Shown piece by piece: positions 28,409 through 37,289 of a stretch of DNA of 47,582 nt (position 1 is its first letter; each line of letters begins with the position of its first letter). The notes under the pieces are model-generated. The model saw only the letters and a program-made list of their open reading frames with translations, made no database searches and had not been told where the DNA came from. Origin of the DNA: Chthonomonadaceae bacterium (lineage in GTDB: Bacteria; Armatimonadota; Chthonomonadetes; Chthonomonadales; Chthonomonadaceae); the NCBI GenBank assembly GCA_035650735.1, contig DASRGZ010000179.1, positions 1 through 47,582 of the forward strand, written 5' to 3'. A program made the position numbers and the translations under genes.

Positions 28409-29375
28409 CGAGAGAGGCCGGGCGCCTCGAAGGGGCATGGGGGATTTGATTCTTTCTACCGAGCAGCGTGTGAATTGTCTCTAGAATGGCCCCCTCGGAG
28501 AGGCCGTTGACGTCGCGCAAATACTCCTGGCTTCCCGCGCGGGAGGAGAACGCCGAGGGCAGGCCGATGCGCTTGAAGGCAACGGGCCGGCAGGCGTTCT
28601 CGGCCAGTACCTCCGCTACGGCGCTGCCCAGCCCACCAAGCACGCTGTGCTCCTCTAGCGTTACGATGGCGCCCGTCTCGCGCGCAGCACCCAGGACGGC
28701 CTCCTCATCCAGGGGCTTGAGGGTGGGCATACTCAGCACGCGCGCCTGCACGCCCTCTGCGGCCAGGTGGTCAGCCACCTGCACCGTGGTCGCCAGCATG
28801 GCGCCCGTGCTGATGAGCGTCAGGTCCTCACCCTCGCGCATCGGGATCGCCTTGCCGAGCTGGAAGTTAATCGCGGTGGTATGCACGTCCGGCTCGCCCG
28901 CCCGGCCCAGGCGCAGATAGCACGGCCCGGGTACCTGCGCGATGGCGTGCACGGCCTGCCGGGCCTCCTCCGGGTCGCCGGGCGCCACGACGGTCATGCA
29001 CGGCAGCGCCCGCAGGATGGCCAGGTCTTCGGTGGCGTGGTGGGTCATGCCCAGCGAGCCGTAGGAGAAGCCGCCGCCCACCGCCACGATCTTGACGTTG
29101 GCGTTATGATAGCAGACGTCGTTGCGTATCTGTTCCAGGCAGCGCAGGGTCGGGAAATTGGCGATAGAGTAGGTAAAGACGATCTTGCCGCAGAGGGCCA
29201 GGCCCGCCGCCAGGCCGGTCATGTTCTGCTCGGCGACTCCGGCGTTGAGATAGCGGTCGGGGAACTTCTTAGCAAACGGCTCCACGACGCCAAATCCCAG
29301 GTCGCCGACGACCAGGAACACGCGCTCGTCGCGTGCAGCTAGTTCCATTAAAGCTTGAAAAAACGCAGTCCTCAT
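28380..29375 (-). CDS. Transketolase, C-terminal (pyrimidine-binding) subunit
   Basis: MRTAF, GDLG, NAGVAEQN, THHATEDLA, YLRLG, EEHSVLGGLGS; ATGA overlap with upstream subunit. Confidence 0.92.
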   Translation of the reverse strand: MRTAFFQALMELAARDERVFLVVGDLGFGVVEPFAKKFPDRYLNAGVAEQNMTGLAAGLALCGKIVFTYSIANFPTLRCLEQIRNDVCYHNANVKIVAVGGGFSYGSLGMTHHATEDLAILRALPCMTVVAPGDPEEARQAVHAIAQVPGPCYLRLGRAGEPDVHTTAINFQLGKAIPMREGEDLTLISTGAMLATTVQVADHLAAEGVQARVLSMPTLKPLDEEAVLGAARETGAIVTLEEHSVLGGLGSAVAEVLAENACRPVAFKRIGLPSAFSSRAGSQEYLRDVNGLSEGAILETIHTLLGRKNQIPHAPSRRPASLDDGLKPFAG

Positions 29376-30226
29376 TCGTCGGTTTCCAGTTCTTCCAGCG
29401 CCCGGCACAGCTCCTCCGCGTTGGGCGACCGATAGTGCCAGAGAACGCTGTGCTCCATGAAGCTGACCCCCTTGCCCTTGATCGTGTGAGCGATGATGCA
29501 GGTGGGCTTGCCCGGCTGCTGCGGAAGCGCGCGCAAAGCGCCTGTGATCTGGCCCAGGTCGTGGCCGTCTATCTCCTGGACGGCCCATCCGAACGCGGCC
29601 CACTTGGCGGCGAAAGGCTCCAGGGCCAGCGTCTCCTGGACTTCGGCCAGGCTTTGAATCTTGTTGTAGTCCACGATGACGACGAGGTTATCCAACCGGT
29701 GATGCGGCGCGAACAGAATGGCCTCCCAGTTGGAGCCTTCGTCGCATTCGCCGTCGCTCAAGAGACAGAAGACGCGGTAGGAGCGTCCGTCCCGTTTGCC
29801 GGCCAGCGCCATTCCGCAGGCGATGGACAGCCCGTGCCCGAGCGAGCCGGTCGAGACTTCGACGCCGGGAACGCCGGTGTGGGTGGCGTGCCCGGCCAAC
29901 GGGGCCCCATCCTGATAGAAGCTTTTGAGCCAGGAGAGCGGAAAGAAGCCGCGCTCCGCCAGGGCCGCATACAGGCCCGCGCAGCCGTGCCCCTTGCTGA
30001 GAACGAACCGGTCCCTGTCCGGCGAGTTCACCGTTTCGGGCGTGATCCGCAGCACGCCGCTATAGAGCGCCGCAAGCAGCTCGGCCATCGAGAAGGAGCT
30101 GGCGATATGGGAGCTTTTGGCGGCGTGCGTCATCTGGAGGACGTGACAGCGGATTCGGTTGGCCAGCGCGGTGCATGCGCTCAGATCCGCGTTGCGGACC
30201 GGGTTGGGGATGTCGGTAAAGGTCAT
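29372..30226 (-). CDS. Transketolase, N-terminal (TPP-binding) subunit
   Basis: RDRFVLSKGH, STGSLGHGL, SDGECDEGSNWE...N, DGHD, TIKGKGVSFME. Confidence 0.93.
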   Translation of the reverse strand: MTFTDIPNPVRNADLSACTALANRIRCHVLQMTHAAKSSHIASSFSMAELLAALYSGVLRITPETVNSPDRDRFVLSKGHGCAGLYAALAERGFFPLSWLKSFYQDGAPLAGHATHTGVPGVEVSTGSLGHGLSIACGMALAGKRDGRSYRVFCLLSDGECDEGSNWEAILFAPHHRLDNLVVIVDYNKIQSLAEVQETLALEPFAAKWAAFGWAVQEIDGHDLGQITGALRALPQQPGKPTCIIAHTIKGKGVSFMEHSVLWHYRSPNAEELCRALEELETDE

Positions 30227-30255
30227 AAGCTTGGTTACTCCAGGTCAGGACGGCC

Positions 30256-30933
30256 TCATTTGGTCTCTGCATGCAGGGCCAGGTCCCTGCCGGCTCCCGG
30301 TTGGAGCCGGCCATAGCGGGCGACTTCTCCGGGCAGCCAGTCTATCTTCAGGATACGCAGCGCGGTGCAGAGAAGGATCTTCAGGTCTACCCAGAGGGGA
30401 TGGTAATGCGCGTAATCGAGTTGGAGCCGGAGCTTGGTGGGCCGAATGAGGATCTCATAGGCCCTATCCGGGTCGTCGGCGCCAGCGAGGATGGCTCCCT
30501 CATCCGAGTTCCAGATAGAGGCCCAATCGGTCATACCGGGCCGTATCTGGAGGATGGCCTTTTCCTCGTCGGTATACATCTCGACGTATTGCAGCACCTC
30601 GGGGCGCGGTCCGACAAGGCTCATCTCTCCCTTGAGGACGTTGATCAACTGGGGCAATTCGTCGAGCTTGAATTTGCGAAGGAATTTTCCCACGCGGGTA
30701 ATGCGGGGGTCGTCGTCAGAAGTGGAGCTACCGCCGATCTTGTCGGCGTTGATGACCATAGTACGGAACTTGTAGATAGAGAACGGATGACCATAGCGCC
30801 CGGCCCGGCGTCCGCGGTAGAAGACGGGTCCCTCGGAAGTGGCCTTAATGAGGAATGTGATCAGAAGCAACAGGGGAGAGAGAAGGATCAGCCCTAACGC
30901 CGAAAATAGGACATCCATCGACCGCTTTAGCAT
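30256..30933 (-). CDS. Priming (initiating) sugar-phosphate transferase
   Basis: [49 protein letters not shown]. Confidence 0.94.
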   Translation of the reverse strand: MLKRSMDVLFSALGLILLSPLLLLITFLIKATSEGPVFYRGRRAGRYGHPFSIYKFRTMVINADKIGGSSTSDDDPRITRVGKFLRKFKLDELPQLINVLKGEMSLVGPRPEVLQYVEMYTDEEKAILQIRPGMTDWASIWNSDEGAILAGADDPDRAYEILIRPTKLRLQLDYAHYHPLWVDLKILLCTALRILKIDWLPGEVARYGRLQPGAGRDLALHAETK

Positions 30934-31040
30934 ATCTGAACTCCCTTCTGAAGAAGCATGATCCGTCGCCTGTCCGGCATGCGAGGCGAGCGCCCGCTCT
31001 TGGTATCTGGGCCATGAATGACCCGTCTGGTCTACATCCA

Positions 31041-31173
31041 GCCGGGGGTTGCCCCCCCGTCTGGGGGGCCTAACGGCCTTGCGACTAGCGGACGCCCAGC
31101 CAAGCCAGGTGTTCCGTCCGAAGGACGGTTGGCGGCGCAGCCGCCCTCTAGACGGGTATTTTCCATGCCCGGC
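31041..31173. repeat. Composite palindromic repeat family A, inverted copy
   Basis: CCGTCCGAAGGACGGTTGGCGGCGCAGCCGCCCTCTAGACGGGTATTTTCCATGCCCGGC is close to the reverse complement of 22110-22170. Confidence 0.85.
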
Positions 31174-31193
31174 GCGGTGGCCTGCGGGAACGC

Positions 31194-32483
31194 CTATGTC
31201 CTCTGCGCCGCGTTCGCTTCGTTCCTGGCCTGCGTTGGGTGGGCCAGTTCCTCAAGGTAGGCGGCCATCTCGCCGTAGACGCGCTCACCGATGAAGCGCT
31301 CCCGATAGAGGGCGAGGGCCTGTTCCGAGCACGCCTCGCGGCGCTCCGGATGGTCGTAGAGATCGCGCAGGATCGTCGCCAGCGAGGCGGCATCCGTGTA
31401 GGTAAAGCCGCCCCCGTGCGCGTCGAGCAGATTCTTGAGTATGCCCTCCGACAAGCTGGAGAGTATCGGCAATCCCGCCGAAAGGTACTCGATAGGCTTG
31501 TTGGGCAGGTTGGCGGTAAAGTTGAAGCTGTTGCGATAGGGCGCCAGCCCGACGGCAGCCAGGCGCATCAGCATCCAGATCTCGGGCGCACCAACCCAGC
31601 CGGGAAAGAGAACGTTGCCGCACTCTTGAGCCAGGCGGCGATAGTGTTCCAGGTTATCCCCTTTGCCGCACAGCACAAACCGGAACGCTCTGCCGCTCCC
31701 CTGCAACCGCCTTGCCGCCTCGATCACCGTCTCCAGGTCGAACTGGCGCCCAAACGTGCCGAAGAAGCAGGCGATAAACTCCCCGCTATTCGGGCAGAGC
31801 CCCTGCTTTGCCCAGAAGGCTTCGGCGCGGGCCTGTTCCTGTGGGCCAGGCGCGGCCTGGGTGTAGCCCATCGCAAAATCGCGATCCAGCGGCGAACGGG
31901 GCCGACCGGCCAGCCGCGTGCCCCAGGCAATAAACTCCGGGGTCAATCCCACCAAGGCCGTCGCGTCGCGGCAGGCGGTCCGGGCCATTCCGTACATCGG
32001 AGCCAGCAGCGCCCGTGCTGCGCCCTGTCCCCAGGCCGGCGCCAGTTCCAGAAAGATGTCCGGCCACAGGTCGCGTATATCCAGGATAACGGGGATGCCA
32101 TGCTGCCGCCCATATGCCGTTGCCGCCAGACACAACTCCAGGGTCGGCAAGGAACAGAGGATAACATCCGGAGGCGGCTCGTGCCGGGCCAAGCGGGAGA
32201 ACTTGCGCGCCACGCCGCGATGGTTTAGGATACGGCGGAGAGAGACGTTCTGCCGGTAGGCCCCGGCATGTAGCAACACGATCCGCAGGTTGGCATCCCG
32301 ATCCACCACCGTATCCTGTGGAAACCGCTGTCTCTTGCGCATATGATCGAAGGTAGAGGTCCACCAGACCACTCGATGGCCGCGCGATGCCAGCAAATTT
32401 GCCAGGATTCCGGTGCGCAATAATCTCTCATCCGGGCCGTCGGTGGGCAGTGGTTCTCCGACCGTAATCAGCCAGGCGCGCAT
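31194..32483 (-). CDS. Glycosyltransferase, GT4 family (WbuB-like)
   Basis: DIRDLWPD, FGTFG, LPNKPIEYLSAGLPIL; AGGAGG RBS. Confidence 0.9.
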   Translation of the reverse strand: MRAWLITVGEPLPTDGPDERLLRTGILANLLASRGHRVVWWTSTFDHMRKRQRFPQDTVVDRDANLRIVLLHAGAYRQNVSLRRILNHRGVARKFSRLARHEPPPDVILCSLPTLELCLAATAYGRQHGIPVILDIRDLWPDIFLELAPAWGQGAARALLAPMYGMARTACRDATALVGLTPEFIAWGTRLAGRPRSPLDRDFAMGYTQAAPGPQEQARAEAFWAKQGLCPNSGEFIACFFGTFGRQFDLETVIEAARRLQGSGRAFRFVLCGKGDNLEHYRRLAQECGNVLFPGWVGAPEIWMLMRLAAVGLAPYRNSFNFTANLPNKPIEYLSAGLPILSSLSEGILKNLLDAHGGGFTYTDAASLATILRDLYDHPERREACSEQALALYRERFIGERVYGEMAAYLEELAHPTQARNEANAAQRT

Positions 32484-32883
32484 GGGCAGGATGTCCTCCT
32501 GGATACGTAAAACGGCTTATTCCCCTCAACAGCCAGGCTTTGCAGATGCCCGACGGCCTATGGCTCGAAGTCGACTCACAGAACTGCCTGGGCCTGATGA
32601 ATGCGCGCAGGGGAGGGAAACGCACAGACGGCACAGGCAGCGTCTCATCGCGTAGGCATCTGCCATTGATGCGAGTTGCGCCTGGAGGGTAGGCGCTACG
32701 GATTCTCTAGAGTTGCACACACGGCTTTCGTGGCAGCGCCCTACAAAGGAGGAAGGCGGAAGGATGAAGGATGAAGCAAAGCCTTTGCTCTTTTCATCCT
32801 TACTCCTTTCGAGAGGCAACCACGCTTTAAGCCAGGTAACCGCTTTCGTGGGTCGCGGCTTCCTAAAGAGGCTTTGCCCATGA

Positions 32884-32913
32884 ATTATAACAGGCAAGCC
32901 GGGGCAGTGTCAA
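32884..32913 (-). promoter_or_regulatory. Consensus sigma70 promoter for the polysaccharide operon
   Basis: TTGACA (32913-32908), 18-bp spacer, TATAAT (32889-32884), with extended -10 TG. Confidence 0.8.
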
Positions 32914-33081
32914 CGCTGTGGGCCAAAATCCCGACCTTGTTATCAGAAAAAAGCCGCTGCCACAGCCCTAATTTAGGCATTTTGCCGCCGTTCCGGGGCA
33001 CAAAACTGCATCTTTTACCTGCTATCTCTAATTTTCGGCAACAGCCGCTCAGAACTGAAGGACATTTATTCGAGTGCTCGC

Positions 33082-35019
33082 TTAGGCGCTCTCTATGCGG
33101 GCCACGGCATAAGGGCGCAGGGTAAGTTCCAGCACGCCGCCGTTGGCTTGCAGCAACGCGCCCTGCTCGGCGCGGAAGGCTTCCGGCGCACGCATCGCCT
33201 CCTCGGCATTGGTCTCATCCAGGGCGCGCACGCGGAGGGCCGTGTGCAGGTTTCCCACGCGGACCTGCTGGGGCTGCGCGGTCAGGTTGGCGAGCAGCAC
33301 GCACGTCCTGCCCTCTTTCCGCACCGCCAGGCCGTCCACCTTGAGCGCATCGCTTGCAGCCGTCGGCACGACCGCGCCTCCGACGAACGCGCCCAGGTCG
33401 GCCAGAACGTGGTAGAGCGGGAACACGGCGCCGGGCAGGGAGCGAAAAACCTCCGGTAAGGGCGAGCCATCCTCGGCCTCCATCACGCCGCGCCAGCCGG
33501 TCGTCTCGTAGTAGGTGGCGGAAGCGACGCCGCTTTCGGCCAGGTACTTGAGGCTGCCGACGGTCCAGCCCGCGCCGAACAGGGACATCTGCCGCGCATC
33601 CACCGGGGCGGGAAGCTCTCCGGGGGCGGGCTCGCGCGCCGGGCCGGTGGCGTCCGGGTTAAAGCGCGGCTTGAGGGTAATCGGCGAGACGGCGATGGGC
33701 AATCCGCCGCCGAACTGGCGCGCGCTCTCCACGGTCGCCGCCTGGGCCGCCAGCGTTTCGACCAGGGAAGCGTTGTCGAAGGCGTGCACCTGCGGATTGA
33801 GCGAGTAGCAGAGGAGGTCTAGCGCCTGCACGGGCGGGCGCTCGCGATTGATATGGGTAAAGTAGGCGTTCGTGCCGGAGCCGATCCGGGCCTCTGGGTC
33901 GTAGCGGGCCAGGTATTGGCGGGCCAGCCGCACCCAGGGTTCGGTAGTGGATCTCTCCTCGCTGTGAAAAATAAGCCAGCGCGCGACGGTGGGACGGGCC
34001 TCCTCCAGTAGCGGCAGCAGCGCCCGCAGCTCCTCCTCGGCAGCGTTGGAGAGAAAGAGCGCAGCCTCCAGCGGCACGCCCAGCGCCCTGGACTCGGCGG
34101 CGGCCCGGCGCAGCCTGGCCGCGATATCCGGCTGCGCGAGGTTCAGATCCACGCGCAGGTGGGAGAGGTTCAGCCCGCGCAGCCGCATCAGCTCCCGCTC
34201 CGTAAGCGGCTGGCCGCGGCTGGCGACGCCCAACCCCAGGCGCGGCAGGGGATGCGTGGACGCGTCCGCCAGCGAGAAGGTCAGGCGCGCCTCCCCCACC
34301 CCGGCAGCTTGCCTGGAAATGTCGCCCTGGAGAGTCAGCGTCACCGATTGGGCCACCTTCGTTCCGGCGCGAATCTCGACAGGATAGGGCAGCGCAAGCG
34401 GCGTGCTATAGGTCTTGTAGGAGGCGTCCGTCCAGTTGCGCTGGTCCTCCATCTCGAAGATGTCGCCGGTGAACCGGACTTCGGCCCATACGCCGGGCCG
34501 TACCTGGTGCGCGATGGCCCGCAGATCCAGGAAGGGCTGATGCGGCGAGATGGCGCGCGGAAAGGCGCTCTCCTCTACCGTGCCGTCTTCATGCTCGACG
34601 CGGCAGGGCTGGCCCGCGCACTCCATCGGATGCAGAATACATAGGCCGATCCGGTTCTTGAGAAAGGTCGAACGGGCCTCGCCCTCCATAGAGAAAGTAA
34701 TCGTGCCCTCGGCAGCGCCGGTGAGGATGCCCTTCCAGGCAAAATCGATCTCGCCCTGCCGGTTCTCCACGTCGTAGGTGATGCGAAATGAGTCGGCGCC
34801 GACCTCCATCTGGACGTTGGAGAGCCGGGCCGGGATCGTTCCCCAGTTGCGGTCCCGCACGGCGACGTAGAGGCGGCGCACGATCTCCCTGTCGCCCAGC
34901 CGGATATAGCGCAGATCGCCCTCTTCGGAGATCAGGGACAGCGGCCCGGCGCGCAGTTGGGTCTGCTCCGGCAAAGGCGCTTCCCTGCCGTAGTAGAGCA
35001 CATTACGCGGCAGCCTCAT
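33082..35019 (-). CDS. D-apionate lactonase (ApnL)-like protein
   Basis: LRAGPLS...GDLRYIR...VRDRNWGT, FEMEDQRNWTDASYKTY, HAFD, DARQMSLFGAGWT resemble my recollection of the ApnL family; adjacent to an ApsD-like gene. Confidence 0.7.
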   Translation of the reverse strand: MRLPRNVLYYGREAPLPEQTQLRAGPLSLISEEGDLRYIRLGDREIVRRLYVAVRDRNWGTIPARLSNVQMEVGADSFRITYDVENRQGEIDFAWKGILTGAAEGTITFSMEGEARSTFLKNRIGLCILHPMECAGQPCRVEHEDGTVEESAFPRAISPHQPFLDLRAIAHQVRPGVWAEVRFTGDIFEMEDQRNWTDASYKTYSTPLALPYPVEIRAGTKVAQSVTLTLQGDISRQAAGVGEARLTFSLADASTHPLPRLGLGVASRGQPLTERELMRLRGLNLSHLRVDLNLAQPDIAARLRRAAAESRALGVPLEAALFLSNAAEEELRALLPLLEEARPTVARWLIFHSEERSTTEPWVRLARQYLARYDPEARIGSGTNAYFTHINRERPPVQALDLLCYSLNPQVHAFDNASLVETLAAQAATVESARQFGGGLPIAVSPITLKPRFNPDATGPAREPAPGELPAPVDARQMSLFGAGWTVGSLKYLAESGVASATYYETTGWRGVMEAEDGSPLPEVFRSLPGAVFPLYHVLADLGAFVGGAVVPTAASDALKVDGLAVRKEGRTCVLLANLTAQPQQVRVGNLHTALRVRALDETNAEEAMRAPEAFRAEQGALLQANGGVLELTLRPYAVARIESA

Positions 35020-35054
35020 TGTTACGTTCTCCTTCCGCAGCGGATACCTGTTTT

Positions 35055-35195
35055 CGACGGGTTAGAAACCCTTCGCTGTAGAGCCTACGGCTGTGTGTCC
35101 CGCAGGGACACTCCCTCCGTCGGCAGAGGGTATGTGTCCCGCAGGGACACACGGCCTTCTGGCCCTATAGCGAAGGAATCCCATTCCGTCGCTAC
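35055..35195. repeat. GTAG-type REP-like hairpins with direct repeat TGTGTCCCGCAGGGACAC x2
   Basis: Palindrome GTGTCCC-GCA-GGGACAC at about 35095 and 35134; hairpin TAGCGAAGGAATCCCATTCCGTCGCTA. Confidence 0.78.
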
Positions 35196-35232
35196 AACCG
35201 AATCTGTCCGCCTAAACCCATTGGAGCGTGTG

Positions 35233-36279
35233 TCAGCCCGCCCCGTTGGGCGTGCCCTGGAAGCGGACCGCCTCGCCTGTCCGGGCCGATTCATAGCCTG
35301 CATAGATGAGCCGCACCGTCTTGAGATTATCCTCGCCGGAGGTCTCCGCCTCACCCTCGCCGCGCAGGGCGCGCAGCAGGTTGGCATTGCAGGGCACGAT
35401 GCTGGAGTGCACGATATCGTAAGCCGCGTCGGCCCAGGAATAGTGGTGTGGCGGGTAGCGCTTGGCGTGCGTGCCCGCTTCGGTCGTCATGCGCAGCCAG
35501 TAGTCCGGCCCCAGTTCCAGCGAGCCCTTCTCGCCCTCCACAAACAGATAGGTTTCCGGGAAGCGGTCGTGCTCCAGCGCGTTTTCGGCGTAGGCCATCG
35601 TACAGATCACCGTCGTCTTGCCGCCCATCTTCATCAGGACCGTCGCCACGTCTTCCCCTTGGATGTCCGGGTGGACGCGCTGGATCTGGCAGCACAGGCT
35701 CTCCGCCTCCCCGAACAGGAAGCGCGCCACATCCAGGATATGGCTGCCCATGTCCGCCAGGAGGAACTGCTCCAGATCCTTGAGGTAAGGCTGATTGGCA
35801 AAGACGGGAAACCCGGAGATCATCTCGATGCGGGCGCGGAACGGCGTCCCAATGTGGCCCTCAACAAGCGCCTGTCTGGCCTTCCGGATCGGAGTCTGCC
35901 AGCGCCAGTTCTCATGTATGTAGAAGGAAACGCCCGCCTCCCGGCAGGCGGCCACCATCTGCTCGGCCTCGGCCAGCGAAGGAGCCATCGGCTTCTGGCA
36001 GATAACCGGCAGCCCGCGCGCGGCAGCCAGATGCACCAGCGGGCTGTGCGCCCCCACCGGCGCGACGATGTCCACGAAATCCAGCTGCTCGCGCCGTAAT
36101 AGCTCTTCCGGGTCGTCGTAGACGCGGGGCACGTCCAGCGCACGGGCCAGCGCCTCGGCCTTGGCGCGGATGGGATCGCACAGGCCGACACATTGCGCGC
36201 CTTCCAACTCCTTCCACCCGGACAGTCGGTAGCGCGCCCAGAAGCCGGCCCCGAATATCGCAAAGCGCAAAGGATGCAT
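35233..36279 (-). CDS. Gfo/Idh/MocA oxidoreductase, D-apiose dehydrogenase (ApsD)-like
   Basis: GAGFWA, ICQKPMA, HENWRWQTPI, NQPYL, DMGSHILDVAR, GEDVAT, FPET; AAGGAG RBS before 36279. Confidence 0.8.
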   Translation of the reverse strand: MHPLRFAIFGAGFWARYRLSGWKELEGAQCVGLCDPIRAKAEALARALDVPRVYDDPEELLRREQLDFVDIVAPVGAHSPLVHLAAARGLPVICQKPMAPSLAEAEQMVAACREAGVSFYIHENWRWQTPIRKARQALVEGHIGTPFRARIEMISGFPVFANQPYLKDLEQFLLADMGSHILDVARFLFGEAESLCCQIQRVHPDIQGEDVATVLMKMGGKTTVICTMAYAENALEHDRFPETYLFVEGEKGSLELGPDYWLRMTTEAGTHAKRYPPHHYSWADAAYDIVHSSIVPCNANLLRALRGEGEAETSGEDNLKTVRLIYAGYESARTGEAVRFQGTPNGAG

Positions 36280-36461
36280 CGGCGTCTCCTTCTTTCCCTG
36301 CAACAAGGTTCTCAATAGACCGCCGGAAGTCCTGCCGGGCAGATCGGCGCTCAGGATCTTTCCTTAGCCTCAGGATAACCTCGGCGTGCTCAGGCCTAAA
36401 TTATTCTGCAAATCTGTTGGGTCTCTCGTGCCAGCCAGGGCTAACGTTCTGCCTGAAACCA

Positions 36462-36470
36462 TGCTATAAT
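36462..36470 (+). promoter_or_regulatory. Perfect extended -10 element (TG-C-TATAAT)
   Basis: TGCTATAAT about 80 nt upstream of the small ORF at 36549. Confidence 0.6.
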
Positions 36471-36548
36471 TAAAGTCCTGGAACTCTCATGTTCCTTTAC
36501 ACGTAGTACCGTAACGAAGACAATTCCATACCGAAAGGGGGGATCCAC

Positions 36549-36746
36549 ATGAGTCAGCCCGTGCGCGTGAGCCTGATCTTTCCACGTAGCGGGCAGCAAG
36601 TGTTCGTACACGTTCCACCGCACGTCGCCGAATATGTGAATGCGCGTTGTTGCGAGATTAGATCGCGTAATTCTAAGGCTTATTCGGATGCGAACACTTC
36701 CCGATATTCCTATCCTGATCAGGATAGTAAGCTACAGGCACGCTAA
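36549..36746 (+). CDS. Small hypothetical protein (65 aa)
   Basis: AAAGGGGGG RBS 6 nt before ATG, upstream extended -10, downstream terminator; no recognisable family. Confidence 0.5.
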   Translation: MSQPVRVSLIFPRSGQQVFVHVPPHVAEYVNARCCEIRSRNSKAYSDANTSRYSYPDQDSKLQAR

Positions 36747-36817
36747 CAGAGTTCCGCTCTTATATTTTATTGTAGGGTATTGCACTCTTAACCTTTCTTC
36801 TTCGCGTGCTAACCAGC

Positions 36818-36858
36818 CAAAACCGCCCCGGAGCTTTCTCGGCTCCAGGGCGGTTTTG
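36818..36858. terminator. Bidirectional intrinsic terminator
   Basis: CAAAACCGCCC-CGGAGC...GCTCCA-GGGCGGTTTTG between the convergent small ORF and yraN. Confidence 0.75.
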
Positions 36859-36866
36859 CTATCTGC

Positions 36867-37289
36867 CTATCCTTGCTGACCGAAGGCCGCGCGGTGCAGC
36901 CTGACGCGCGCGAGCCCCTCCGGCCCCATAAAGACCTCCGCCACATCGAATCGGCAGGCCGGCTCCTCGCCCTCCGCATCGCGCTGCGCCAGATACGCCT
37001 GCGCCGCCGCGATCAGCCGTGCCTGCTTGCGCGCGTTGACTGCCTCCAGGGGCGTGCCATGCGCGCTGCCCCGCCGCGTCTTGACCTCCACAAAGACCAG
37101 CACCTTCCCGTCCTGCGCGGGCTCCTCGGCAATCACGTCTATTTCGCCCTGGGCGCAGCGAAATTGCGTGGCCAGTACACGCCAGCCTAGCCGTTCCAGG
37201 CGCGCCGCTACTATCTGCTCTCCGGTATTGCCAAGAGGCTTATTGAGTGGATGGCTCCGATTTGGCTGTTTTGCGGGTTCGTCTGGCAT
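36867..37289 (-). CDS. yraN: YraN (UPF0102) family putative endonuclease
   Basis: LGNTGE, GEIDVIA, LVFVEVKTR, CRFDV. Confidence 0.92.
   Translation of the reverse strand: MPDEPAKQPNRSHPLNKPLGNTGEQIVAARLERLGWRVLATQFRCAQGEIDVIAEEPAQDGKVLVFVEVKTRRGSAHGTPLEAVNARKQARLIAAAQAYLAQRDAEGEEPACRFDVAEVFMGPEGLARVRLHRAAFGQQG

Noticed and set aside
28380..30226. Split transketolase as part of the nearby apiose-type pathway (AptA/AptB-like)
   Set aside because: It is embedded in the glycan operon behind its own promoter, and no apiose isomerase or kinase is present; not excluded without a phylogeny
32526..32897. 123-aa ORF in the operon leader
   Set aside because: It starts inside the promoter spacer, lacks an RBS and is partly translated heptamer repeat
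35093..35152. Possible mini-CRISPR (palindromic direct repeat x2)
   Set aside because: Only two short units, embedded in a REP-like hairpin context
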